Of a DNA stretch of 64,000 bases, positions 41,243-53,391 are shown piece after piece (the stretch's first letter is position 1; each line of letters opens with the position of its first letter). A program made the translations under genes and the position numbers. The notes under the pieces are model-generated. The model was not told the origin of the DNA and did not search any database. It saw only the letters and a list, made by a program, of their open reading frames with translations. Source of the stretch: an uncultured Gemmatimonadales bacterium (lineage in GTDB: Bacteria > Gemmatimonadota > Gemmatimonadetes > Longimicrobiales > Longimicrobiaceae); the NCBI GenBank assembly GCA_963716255.1, contig OY970303.1:5536001-5600000 (forward strand), written 5' to 3'.

Positions 41243-43228
41243 ATGTGCGGCCTCACCGGCTTCTGGGACGTGTCCGGGCGGGGCTCGCGGGACGAGCTCG
41301 CGTCCACGGCCGCCCGCATGGCGGCGATGCTCCTGCACCGCGGCCCGGACGACGGGGGGACGTGGGCCGACGAGGCGGAGGGGATCGCGCTGGGGCACCG
41401 CCGCCTTTCCATCGTGGACCTGTCCTCGTGCGGCCACCAGCCCATGGAGTCCGCAGGCGGGCGCTACGTGGTGGCGTTCAACGGCGAGATCTACAACTTC
41501 CAGCCGCTCCGGCGCGAGCTGGAGCAGCGCGGCCACCGCTTCCGCGGCCACTCCGACACCGAGGTGCTCCTGGCGGCGGTGGAGGCGTGGGGCGTCGAGG
41601 CCGCGCTGCGCCGCTTCGTGGGGATGTTCGCCTTCGCGCTGTGGGACCGGGAGCGCCGCTCGCTCTTCCTGGCGCGCGACCGCATGGGGGAGAAGCCGCT
41701 GTACTACGGCTGGAGCGGCGGCGTCTTCCTTTTCGGCTCCGAGCTCAAGGCGCTGCGCGGCCACCCCGCGTGGCGCGGCGAGATCGACCGCGACAGCCTG
41801 GCGCTGTACCTCCGCTACAACTACGTCCCCGCGCCGTACTCCATCTACCGCGGCATCGCCAAGCTGATGCCCGGCACCTACGCCGAGGTGCGCCCGGACG
41901 CCCCCGGCGCCAGCCCCGAGCCGGTGGCGTACTGGTCCATGGGCGACGTGGTGGAGGCGGGGGCGCGCGACCCGTTCCGCGGCTCCGACGCGGAGGCGGA
42001 GGCGGCGCTGGACGAGCTGCTGCGCGACGCCGTGCGCCAGCAGCTCATGGGCGACGTGCCGCTGGGCGCCTTCCTGTCCGGCGGGGTGGACTCGTCCACC
42101 GTCGTCGCGCTGATGCAGGCGCAGAGCTCGCGCCCCGTGCGGACGTTCAGCATCGGCTTCTTCGAGGACGCGTTCAACGAGGCCGAGCACGCCAAGGCCG
42201 TCGCGGCGCACCTGGGGACCGACCACACCGAGCTGTACGTCACCCCGCGCGAGGCGATGGAGGTGATCCCCTCGCTCCCCACGCTCTACGACGAGCCGTT
42301 CGCCGACTCGTCCCAGGTCCCCACCTTCCTGGTGTCGCAGCTCGCCCGCCGCTCGGTGAAGGTGTCGCTCTCCGGCGACGGCGGCGACGAGCTGTTCGGC
42401 GGCTACAACCGCTACTTCCTGGGCCGCCGGGTGTGGGACCGCATCCGCCCCGTGCCCCGGCCGCTGCGGCGCGTCGCGGCGGGGCTGGTGACGCGCGTGG
42501 CGCCCGCGCACTGGGACCGGGTCAACCGCATGCTCCCCGCGCGGCTGCGCCAGCCCCAGCTCGCCGACCGGCTGCGCAAGGCCGCCGAGGTGGTCGGCGC
42601 CCCCGACCCGGAGGCCATCTACATGCGGCTGGTGTCGCAGTGGATGGACCCCACCGCGCTGGTGCCGGGGAGCGTGGAGCCCCTGACCACCGTCACCGAC
42701 CGCGGCGCCTGGCCCCGCCTGGACGACTTCACCGAGCGGATGATGTACCTGGACGCCGTCAGCTACCTCCCGGGCGACATCCTGGCCAAGGTGGACCGTG
42801 CCGCGATGGGAGTCAGCCTGGAAACGCGCGTCCCGCTCCTGGACCACCGGGTGGTGGAATTCGCGTGGCGCCTCCCGCTCGGCATGAAGGTGCGCGGCGG
42901 CAAGGGAAAGTGGATCCTGCGCCAGGTGCTCCACCGGTACGTGCCGCGCGAGCTGATCGAGCGCCCCAAGATGGGCTTCGGGATCCCGGTGGGCGATTGG
43001 CTGCGCGGCCCGCTGCGCGACTGGGCGGAGGCGCTGCTGGACGAGCGGCGCCTGCGCGGCGAGGGGTTCTTCGACCCGGCGCCCATCCGCCGGCGCTGGC
43101 GCGAGCACCTTTCGGGTGAGCGCGACTGGCAGTGGGCGCTCTGGTCCGTGCTGATGTTCCAGGCGTGGAGCGAGGGCGCCGGCAGCCCGGAGGCGACGGA
43201 GGTGGACCGTGCCGCCGCGGGGGTCTGA
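41243..43228 (+). CDS. asnB: Asparagine synthase-like glutamine amidotransferase, paralog 2
   Basis: MCGLTG, HRGPD, HQPM, FNGEIYN, LSGGVDSS, SGDGGDELFGGY; long stretches match paralog 1. Confidence 0.92.
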   Translation: MCGLTGFWDVSGRGSRDELASTAARMAAMLLHRGPDDGGTWADEAEGIALGHRRLSIVDLSSCGHQPMESAGGRYVVAFNGEIYNFQPLRRELEQRGHRFRGHSDTEVLLAAVEAWGVEAALRRFVGMFAFALWDRERRSLFLARDRMGEKPLYYGWSGGVFLFGSELKALRGHPAWRGEIDRDSLALYLRYNYVPAPYSIYRGIAKLMPGTYAEVRPDAPGASPEPVAYWSMGDVVEAGARDPFRGSDAEAEAALDELLRDAVRQQLMGDVPLGAFLSGGVDSSTVVALMQAQSSRPVRTFSIGFFEDAFNEAEHAKAVAAHLGTDHTELYVTPREAMEVIPSLPTLYDEPFADSSQVPTFLVSQLARRSVKVSLSGDGGDELFGGYNRYFLGRRVWDRIRPVPRPLRRVAAGLVTRVAPAHWDRVNRMLPARLRQPQLADRLRKAAEVVGAPDPEAIYMRLVSQWMDPTALVPGSVEPLTTVTDRGAWPRLDDFTERMMYLDAVSYLPGDILAKVDRAAMGVSLETRVPLLDHRVVEFAWRLPLGMKVRGGKGKWILRQVLHRYVPRELIERPKMGFGIPVGDWLRGPLRDWAEALLDERRLRGEGFFDPAPIRRRWREHLSGERDWQWALWSVLMFQAWSEGAGSPEATEVDRAAAGV

Positions 43229-44447
43229 GGCCGCGGTGGCGCCGAGCGCGCCGCGTCCGGCCGGGCGGGCCGCGGGGCGGGGCGGGGGAGCCGCCGCCCG
43301 GCCGCCGCGGGTCTGCTTCGTGGTCAACGTGGACTGGTTCTTTCTTTCCCACCGGCTCCCGCTGGCGCGCGCGGCGCGCGACGCGGGGGCGGAAGTCACC
43401 ATCCTGGCCGCCGACACCGGGTGCGGCGACCGCATCCGCTCCGAGGGGCTGGCGTTCGTCCCGCTCCCCATCTCGCGGCGCGGGCTCAACGTCTTCGCCG
43501 AGGCGGCCGCCGTGCTGGCGCTGGTGCGCCACTACCGCCGGCTCCGCCCCGACCTGGTGCACCACGTCACCATCAAGCCGGTGCTGTACGGATCGCTGGC
43601 CGCGCGCGCGACCGGCGTGCCCGCGGTGGTCAACGCCATCAGCGGGCTGGGGTACGTGTTCACCTCCGACGACCGGAGCCGGCTGCTGCGCCGCGTCGTC
43701 AACCGGGTGTACCGCGCCGCGCTGGGCAACCCGCGCAGTCGCACCATCCTGCAGAACTCGGACGATCGGGCGATGTTCGTGGACCGCGGGCTCCTCCCTC
43801 CCGGGCAGGCCCTGGTCATCCGCGGCTCCGGGGTGGACTGCTCGGTCTTCCGGCCCACCCCCGAGCCGGCCGGCGATCCGGTGGTGATGCTCCCCTCGCG
43901 CATGCTGTGGGACAAGGGGGTGGGGAGCTTCGTCGAGGCGGCCCGGCTGCTGCGCGCGAGGGGCGCCCGCGCGCGCTTCGTGCTGGTGGGCGCCTCCGAC
44001 GACGGCAACCCCACCGCGGTCCCGCAGGCGCAGCTCGAAGCCTGGCGCGACGAGGGCACCGTGGAGTGGTGGGGCGCCCGCGACGACATGCCGGCCACCC
44101 TGGCCGAGGCCGCGGTCGTGGTCCTCCCCAGCCGGCGCGAGGGGCTTCCCAAGGTGCTGCTGGAGGCCGCCGCCTGCGCGCGCCCCATGGTCGCCACCGA
44201 CGTGCCGGGGTGCCGCGAAGTGGTGCGCCCCGGCGTGAACGGGCTCCTCGTCCCCCCCGACGACGCACCCGCGCTGGCGGACGCGGTCGGGCGGCTCCTG
44301 GAAGCCCCCGCGCTCCGCCGCGAGTGGGGCGCGGCCGCGCGGGAGATGGCCGAGCGCGAGTTCGCCGAGGAGATCGTCGTCGCCCGCACCATGGAGCTGT
44401 ACGCCGGCCTGCTCGGCGACCTGTGGCCGGGGGCGGCCGCGGGATGA
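43209..44447 (+). CDS. Glycosyltransferase family 4 (CapM/WbpU-like)
   Basis: WFFLSHRLPL, TIKPVLYG, GSGVD, RMLWDKG, REGLPKVLLEAAAC; start uncertain. Confidence 0.88.
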   Translation: MPPRGSEAAVAPSAPRPAGRAAGRGGGAAARPPRVCFVVNVDWFFLSHRLPLARAARDAGAEVTILAADTGCGDRIRSEGLAFVPLPISRRGLNVFAEAAAVLALVRHYRRLRPDLVHHVTIKPVLYGSLAARATGVPAVVNAISGLGYVFTSDDRSRLLRRVVNRVYRAALGNPRSRTILQNSDDRAMFVDRGLLPPGQALVIRGSGVDCSVFRPTPEPAGDPVVMLPSRMLWDKGVGSFVEAARLLRARGARARFVLVGASDDGNPTAVPQAQLEAWRDEGTVEWWGARDDMPATLAEAAVVVLPSRREGLPKVLLEAAACARPMVATDVPGCREVVRPGVNGLLVPPDDAPALADAVGRLLEAPALRREWGAAAREMAEREFAEEIVVARTMELYAGLLGDLWPGAAAG

Positions 44448-45403
44448 GCCGGGTCCTGGTCACCGGTGCCGGCGGCTTCGTCGGCAGCCGGCTCTGCGCG
44501 GCGCTGACGGAAAGCGGCTGCACCGTGCGGCGGGCAGTGCGCACGCCCGGCGCGTCCCCCGCCGGCGCGGACACCGAGGAGGTGCGCGTGGGGGAGATCG
44601 ACGGCGCCACCCGCTGGGAGGGGGCGCTGGAAGGGGTGGACGGAGTGGTGCACCTCGCCGCGCGGGTCCACCAGATGGGCGCCGGCGAGGCGGGGCTGCT
44701 CGCCGAGTACCGCCGCGTCAACGCGGAGGGGACCGCCACCCTCGCCCGCGCCGCCGCGGCCGCGGGGGTGCGGCGTATGGTGTTCGTCAGCTCCGTCAAG
44801 GTCAACGGCGAGGCCACGCACGGCACCCCCTTCCGCCCGGACGACGCGCCCGCGCCGGCCGACCCCTACGGCGTGAGCAAGTGGGAGGGAGAGCAGGCGC
44901 TGTGGGAGACCGCGCGCGCCACGGCGATGGAGGGCGTGGTGGTGAGACCCCCGCTGGTGTACGGCCCCGGCGTCCGGGCAAACTTCCTCCAGCTCCTGCG
45001 CGCCGTGGACCGGGGGATCCCCATCCCCCTGGGGAGCGTCCGCAACCGCCGCAGCCTGGTGTACGTGGGCAACCTCGCGGAGCTGCTGGTCGTGGCGCTC
45101 CGCCATCCCGCCGCCGCGGGGCGGACGCTGCTCGCCGCCGACGGCCCGCCGCTCTCCACCCCCGAGCTGGTCCGCGCCATCGCCGCCGCCCTCGGACGCC
45201 CCGCGCGCCTGCTCCCGGTACCGCCCGCGGCGCTGCGGCTGGCGGGGCGGGTGCTGGGGCGCAGCGCCGCCGTGGACCGCCTGTGCGGCGACCTCGCGGT
45301 GGACGAGACCGCGGCGGCCCGCCTCCTCGGGTGGACCCCGCCGTTCACCACCGCGCAGGGGCTCGCCGCGACGGCGGAGTGGCTGCGCGCGGAGGGCCGG
45401 TGA
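44444..45403 (+). CDS. NAD-dependent epimerase/reductase (WbpV/WbpK-like)
   Basis: VLVTGAGGFVG, VVHLAARVH, SSVKVNGE, DPYGVSK, RPPLVYGPGVRANF, NRRSLVYV.NL. Confidence 0.88.
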   Translation: MSRVLVTGAGGFVGSRLCAALTESGCTVRRAVRTPGASPAGADTEEVRVGEIDGATRWEGALEGVDGVVHLAARVHQMGAGEAGLLAEYRRVNAEGTATLARAAAAAGVRRMVFVSSVKVNGEATHGTPFRPDDAPAPADPYGVSKWEGEQALWETARATAMEGVVVRPPLVYGPGVRANFLQLLRAVDRGIPIPLGSVRNRRSLVYVGNLAELLVVALRHPAAAGRTLLAADGPPLSTPELVRAIAAALGRPARLLPVPPAALRLAGRVLGRSAAVDRLCGDLAVDETAAARLLGWTPPFTTAQGLAATAEWLRAEGR

Positions 45404-46416
45404 CGGCGCTGCCGGCGGCGCTGGCCGGCGGGATGCTCGCGAGCTGGCTCCTCACCCGGGCCATCCGCCGCTACGCCCTCGCCCGCTCGGTGCTGGACGT
45501 GCCCAACCAGCGCAGCTCGCACACCGTCCCCACCCCGCGCGGGGGCGGGCTCGCCATCGTGGCGGTGGTGCTCGCGGGAACCCTTCTGGCGTGCGCGGCG
45601 GGCGCGCTCTCCGCGGCGCAGGCGCTCGCCCTGGGCGGCGGCGGGGCGATGGTGGCGGGCATCGGGTGGCTCGACGACCACCGCCCCATCCCCGCGGCGT
45701 GGCGGTTTGCCGTGCACATCGCGGCCTCCGTCTGGGCCGTGGCCTGGCTGGGGGGGATGCCGCAGCTGGAGGTGGGAGCGCTCCGCCTGGGGCTGGGTGC
45801 GGCGGGGGCGCTGCTCGCCGTGGGGGCGCTGGTGTGGCTCACCAACCTGTACAACTTCATGGACGGGATCGACGGCATCGCCGGGGGCGAGGCCGTCGCC
45901 GTGGGCGGGGTGGGCGGCGCGCTGCTGTGGGCGGCGGGGGAGCGGGGGCTCGCGGCCGTGGCGCTGACGGCGGCGGCTGCCGCCGCGGGCTTCCTGCTCT
46001 GGAACTGGCAGCCCGCCCGGATCTTCATGGGCGACGTGGGAAGCGGCTTCCTCGGCTTCCTGTTCGGCGCGCTCGCCCTCGCGTCCGAGCGCGCCGAGGG
46101 CCCGCCCGCGCTGGTGTGGATGCTCCTCCTGGGCGTGTTCGTGGTGGACGCCACGCTGACGCTGTTCCGCCGCGCCGCGCGCGGCGAGCGCCTTCACGAG
46201 GCCCACCGCCGCCACGCCTACCAGCGCGCCGTGCAGTCGGGATGGTCGCACGCCCGCGTGGCCGCCGCGGTGCTCGCCGTCGACGCGCTGCTCGCCGCGC
46301 TCGGCGCAGCCGCCTGGCTCAGGCCCGCATGGGCGCCCGCCTGCTTCGCCGCCGGCGCTGCGCTGCTGCTCGTGGCCTACGCCGCGGTGGAGCGGCGCCG
46401 GCCCATGTCCGCCTGA
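45400..46416 (+). CDS. Undecaprenyl-phosphate HexNAc-1-phosphate transferase (WbpL/WecA, MraY-like)
   Basis: DVPNQRSSH..PTPRGGG, GWLDD, NLYNFMDGIDG, IFMGDVGS, AHR.HAYQ. Confidence 0.92.
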   Translation: MTALPAALAGGMLASWLLTRAIRRYALARSVLDVPNQRSSHTVPTPRGGGLAIVAVVLAGTLLACAAGALSAAQALALGGGGAMVAGIGWLDDHRPIPAAWRFAVHIAASVWAVAWLGGMPQLEVGALRLGLGAAGALLAVGALVWLTNLYNFMDGIDGIAGGEAVAVGGVGGALLWAAGERGLAAVALTAAAAAAGFLLWNWQPARIFMGDVGSGFLGFLFGALALASERAEGPPALVWMLLLGVFVVDATLTLFRRAARGERLHEAHRRHAYQRAVQSGWSHARVAAAVLAVDALLAALGAAAWLRPAWAPACFAAGAALLLVAYAAVERRRPMSA

Positions 46417-46427
46417 TCCGCCGCGGG

Positions 46428-46456
46428 TTGGCGAACCGCTGCCGCGAAGCTACCTT
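46428..46456 (+). promoter_or_regulatory. Candidate sigma70 promoter for the cupin gene
   Basis: TTGGCG-N17-TACCTT. Confidence 0.4.
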
Positions 46457-46514
46457 GTCGTAGCTCGTCCGGTCCGGACCGGAAAGCAATTTCATCGGCA
46501 CCCGAGATTCCAAT

Positions 46515-46877
46515 ATGCCAACCGACGCCCGCCCCGACGCCGTCTCCGTCCCCAAGATCGTCCCCAAGCCCTGGGGCCGCGAGATCTGGTACGCGCACGA
46601 GGAGCGCTACGCCGGCAAGGTCCTGGAGGTCACCCGGGGCCACGCCCTGTCCCTGCAGAAGCACGAGCGCAAGCAGGAAACCATGTACCTGCAGTCCGGC
46701 CGTCTCCTGTACCACTTCAACGGCGTGGACTTCGAGATGGGGCCCGGCGAGTGCATCACCGTGCGCCCCGGCGACGTGCACCGCATCGAGGCGCTGGAGG
46801 ACGCGGTCATCCTGGAGGTGAGCACCCCCGAGCTGGACGACGTCATCCGGCTGGAAGACCGCTACGGCCGCAGCTGA
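46515..46877 (+). CDS. Cupin domain protein (mannose-6-phosphate isomerase type II C-terminal-like)
   Basis: KPWG.E, LSLQKHERKQE, G.VHR, EVSTPELDDVIRLEDRYGR. Confidence 0.85.
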   Translation: MPTDARPDAVSVPKIVPKPWGREIWYAHEERYAGKVLEVTRGHALSLQKHERKQETMYLQSGRLLYHFNGVDFEMGPGECITVRPGDVHRIEALEDAVILEVSTPELDDVIRLEDRYGRS

Positions 46878-46905
46878 GCCGCCCGGCACGGGGCCCGGCC
46901 CCGGC

Positions 46906-46934
46906 TTGCCCGCATCCGGGAGAGGATCTATCTT
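46906..46934 (+). promoter_or_regulatory. Candidate sigma70 promoter for the TPR-bamD-nadD-secA genes
   Basis: TTGCCC-N17-TATCTT, 30 bp upstream of an ATG with GGAG SD. Confidence 0.45.
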
Positions 46935-46964
46935 CTCCCGGATTTGCCTTTTTACGGAGAACTC

Positions 46965-47693
46965 ATGGCGCAAGAGCTTTCCACGGAGCAGCTGATCGCA
47001 CGCGGCAGGGAGGCGTACGCCCGCAACGCCTTCTTCGCCGCGCTCGAGGACTTCCAGGAGGTGGCGCGCCGTGAGCCGCGCTTCGCGGACGTGCACAACC
47101 TCATCGGGCTGTGCCTCAGCCTGCTGGGGCGCCCCGAGGAAGCGGTGGAGGCCTTCGAGCGGGCGACGGGCGTCAACCCGCGCTACGTGGAAGCCCACGT
47201 CAACCGGGCCATCACCCTGAACGACCTGGGGCGGCTGGACGAAGCGCGCGAGTCCTTCGAGCTCGCCGCCGACGCCGACGGGTCCGCGGGGGGGCGCTTC
47301 CCCGGCGCGGTCGCGGCGCGCCTGGCCAACAAGCACGCGGAGCTGGGCGACCTGTACGCCGAGGCGAGCGCGTTGGAAGAGGCGGCCGAGCAGTTCCGCC
47401 GCGCCTGCGAGATCCGCCCGCGCTTCCTGGACATCCGCAACAGGCTGGGGCGCACGCTCCTGGACCTGGGGCGCACCGCGGAGGGGGTCGCCGAGCTGCG
47501 CGCCGTCCTGGACGCGAACCCGTCGTTCACCGGCGCCCGCGCCAACCTGGGCCTTGCCCTGTACCGGGCCGGCGACCTCGCCGGCGCCGAGGCCGAGTGG
47601 GAGCGCTGCCTGGCCCAGCAGCCGGAGAGCGCCCAGGTGAGCGGGTACCTCGGCATGCTGCGGCGGCAGCGAGAAGGCCGTTCCACGGGGTGA
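46965..47693 (+). CDS. Tetratricopeptide repeat protein
   Basis: Repeated TPR patterns (P.FADVHN.IG...LGR.EEA...F..A...NP.Y..A); SD GGAG before ATG 46965. Confidence 0.85.
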   Translation: MAQELSTEQLIARGREAYARNAFFAALEDFQEVARREPRFADVHNLIGLCLSLLGRPEEAVEAFERATGVNPRYVEAHVNRAITLNDLGRLDEARESFELAADADGSAGGRFPGAVAARLANKHAELGDLYAEASALEEAAEQFRRACEIRPRFLDIRNRLGRTLLDLGRTAEGVAELRAVLDANPSFTGARANLGLALYRAGDLAGAEAEWERCLAQQPESAQVSGYLGMLRRQREGRSTG

Positions 47694-47760
47694 GACGGCG
47701 CGCGCCGCTCCACCCCTCCGTTCCTGAAACTCCCCCCGCGACCCGGGGTACCAGGCCCGC

Positions 47761-48543
47761 ATGATACCCGTTTCCACTAGAAGCCTCCCCCTCGCCCTCG
47801 CCTGCGCGCTCCTCTTCGCGGCCTGCGGCGCCAACCAGACCCCGGCGCAGCTCGGTCCGGACGCCCTGTACGAGCGCGGCATGGCCGCCTACCGCTCCGG
47901 CAGCTGGGGGCGCGCCACCGAGCTACTCGACCTGTTCCTGCAGAAAAGCGCGGGCGACCCGCGCAGCTCCGAGGCCCGCATCAGCCTGGCCCGTGCCCGC
48001 ATGCAGCGGCGCGAGTACGTGCTCGCCGCCGGCGACTACACGCGCCTCCTCAACGAGTCGCCGCCCGACTCGCTGCAGCGCCCCGCGCGCTTCGGCCTGT
48101 GCGAGGCGTACCACAGCCTGTCGCCCCGGCCGCAGCTGGACCAGGAGTACACCGGCGGCGCGCTGGCGTACTGCGAGTCGGTCGCCACCACCTACCCGGG
48201 CACGACGGAGGCCACGCAGGCCACGGAGTGGGTGGGCGCGATGAAGACCAAACTCGCGCAGAAGTCGTACGACAACGGCATGTTCTACTTCAAGCGCGGG
48301 GCGTACGACGCGGCGGTCATCTACTTCAACGAAGCGGTCGAGCAGTTCCCCGACACCTCGGTGGCGCCGGCGGCGCTCCTGAAGGTGGTGGAGAGCTACG
48401 ACCGCATCGGCTACAAGGAGGAAGCCGCGGAGGCCCGCACCCGGCTGCAGCGCGACTACCCGCAGAGCCTGGAGGCGCGCTCCATGCAGCCCGCCGCCCC
48501 CACCACGGGCCCGCCGACGCCGGGGACGGGCACCGGCGGCTGA
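47761..48543 (+). CDS. bamD: Outer membrane protein assembly factor BamD
   Basis: Lipobox FAAC, TPR helices, LSP...LDQ..T, KLA.K.Y....FY, AA..YF...V..FP.T. Confidence 0.8.
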   Translation: MIPVSTRSLPLALACALLFAACGANQTPAQLGPDALYERGMAAYRSGSWGRATELLDLFLQKSAGDPRSSEARISLARARMQRREYVLAAGDYTRLLNESPPDSLQRPARFGLCEAYHSLSPRPQLDQEYTGGALAYCESVATTYPGTTEATQATEWVGAMKTKLAQKSYDNGMFYFKRGAYDAAVIYFNEAVEQFPDTSVAPAALLKVVESYDRIGYKEEAAEARTRLQRDYPQSLEARSMQPAAPTTGPPTPGTGTGG

Positions 48544-48548
48544 GCGCC

Positions 48549-49141
48549 GTGCGCATCGGGGTGTTCGGCGGGACCTTCGACCCGCCGCACCACGGGCACC
48601 TGGCCGTCGCCGCCGACGTGCACGACGCGCTCGGGCTGGACCGGGTCCTGCTGGTGCCCTCGGCGATCCCGCCGCACAAGCGGCACACGGTGCAGGCCCC
48701 CGCCGGGATCCGGCTGGAGATGGCCCGGGCGGCGGTGGCGGGAGACGATCGCTTCGAGGTGGACGACCTGGAGCTGCGGCGTCCCGGCCCCTCGTACACG
48801 GTGGACACGCTGCGCGAGCTCCGGGACCGCTACCCGGACGCGGAGCTTTTCTTCCTGATCGGGGCCGACAACGTGGGCGAGCTTGCGTCCTGGCGCGAGC
48901 CGGAGGAGATCGTCCGGCTCGCGCGACTCGTTGCGGTTCCCCGGGGTTGTGAGAACGTAGACGCGGAGACCCCGTTCCCCTTCCTTGCCGTCCCGGTGAC
49001 CCGGATCGGCATCTCGGCGACGGACGTGCGCCGGAGGGTGGCGGCGGGGCAATCCATTCGATATCTGGTGCCCGATGCGGTGCGCGAGATCGTGGCGCGC
49101 GAGGGTTTGTATCGGGAGCCCGCACATACAGGGAAGAACCC

Positions 49142-49148
<7 letters not shown>
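48549..49148 (+). CDS. nadD: Nicotinate-nucleotide adenylyltransferase
   Basis: IGVFGGTFDPPHHGHL, PPHK, SYTVDTL, IGAD, ISAT.VR, YLVP. Confidence 0.95.
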
Positions 49149-52360
<3,212 letters not shown>

Positions 52361-52370
52361 GCGGCTCGAT

Positions 52371-52468
52371 AAATCGCGCAGCTCTGCGTTGTCGCCTGCG
52401 GGGCTCCCTGCGGCGTGAAACAACCACGCCTCAGTCGCTCCTCGGGTCCGCCTTGATCTGCGCGATTT
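52371..52468. repeat. Long imperfect palindrome with an AAACAAC-loop inner hairpin
   Basis: AAATCGCGCAG (52371-81) / CTGCGCGATTT (52458-68) perfect inverted repeat enclosing CTG-C-GGCGTG-AAACAAC-CACGCC-T-CAG. Confidence 0.7.
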
Positions 52469-52517
52469 CTCTTCGCCTTGGGATCCTCGCGAAGAGAAAG
52501 GCTCAAGAAAAACGGCA

Positions 52518-52558
52518 CGACGGCCGTCGCTCAATGGAGCGGCGGCCGTCGTCGTTTC
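52518..52558 (+). terminator. Probable intrinsic terminator downstream of secA
   Basis: ACGACGGCCGTCGCTC-AATG-GAGCGGCGGCCGTCGT stem followed by CGTTT and preceded by an A-run. Confidence 0.6.
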
Positions 52559-52662
52559 CATCCCTCACCTGTTCACCTAGATTGTGGCACGGGGGTGCCG
52601 GTGCCGCGCGGCATCCCCGGAAACGATCCCCCGATTCGGGGCGGTGTATTCAATTGGGCGTA

Positions 52663-53391
52663 ATGGCATCCAACTACACCATCAAGGCGTGGCCGGTCGT
52701 GGAGCGGCCCCGCGAGCGGCTGGAGGCGCTGGGCCCCAAGGCGCTCTCGCCCCGCGAGCTGCTGGCGCTGCTCATCGAGACGGGGACCCCGGCGCGCGCG
52801 GGGCAGGACGCGCGCTCGGCGCTGGACCTGGCCGGCGACTTGCTGCAACGCTTCTCTCCCGGACCGGGGCGGGAGTCGCTGCGCCGCCTGATGACGGCGT
52901 CGCTCCCGGAGCTGTGCGGGGTGCCGGGGATCGGGCCCGCGAAGGCCGCCAAGATCCTGGCCGCGCTGGACCTGGGCCGGCGCGCGGCGGAGGAAGCGCG
53001 CCCGGACCGGGACCGCATCCGCACCCCGCGCGACGTGTACGAGCGGATGCGGCTGATGCTGCGGGACGAGCCCGCCGAGGAGTTCCACGTCCTCCTTCTC
53101 AACACGCAGAACGAGATCCTCCGCGACCTGCAGATCACCCGGGGGACGGTGGACGCGTCGCTGGTGCACCCCCGGGAGGTGTTCCGCGCGGCGGTGATGG
53201 AGAACGCGGCCAGCCTGGTGCTGGTGCACAACCACCCCAGCGGCGACCCCACCCCCTCCGACGAGGACCTGGCGGTCACCGAGGAGCTGAGGAAGGCGGG
53301 GCTGACGATCGGGATCGAGGTGCTCGACCACGTCATCGTGGGGGAGGGGCGTTACGTCTCATTCGTAGAAGCGGGGTACTGGAATGGCTAG
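52663..53391 (+). CDS. radC: RadC-family JAB-domain protein
   Basis: ERPRERL...G...LS..ELLALL, GIGPAKA HhH, VHPREVF, HNHPSGDP.PS.ED, LDHVIVG. Confidence 0.93.
   Translation: MASNYTIKAWPVVERPRERLEALGPKALSPRELLALLIETGTPARAGQDARSALDLAGDLLQRFSPGPGRESLRRLMTASLPELCGVPGIGPAKAAKILAALDLGRRAAEEARPDRDRIRTPRDVYERMRLMLRDEPAEEFHVLLLNTQNEILRDLQITRGTVDASLVHPREVFRAAVMENAASLVLVHNHPSGDPTPSDEDLAVTEELRKAGLTIGIEVLDHVIVGEGRYVSFVEAGYWNG

Noticed and set aside
38800..43119. Very long alternative-frame ORFs (1439 aa here; also 49075-53391, 14128-17715, 9312-12557, 29678-33019)
   Set aside because: Arg/Gly/Ala/Pro-rich shadow ORFs expected in very high-GC DNA, overlapping well-supported genes. Only the distal in-frame parts (e.g. 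radC, the GT4 at 31712) are real.
52663..53391. radC as a marker of a mobile element
   Set aside because: Full-length chromosomal type with an N-terminal HhH region, embedded among housekeeping genes; no integrase or transposase nearby.
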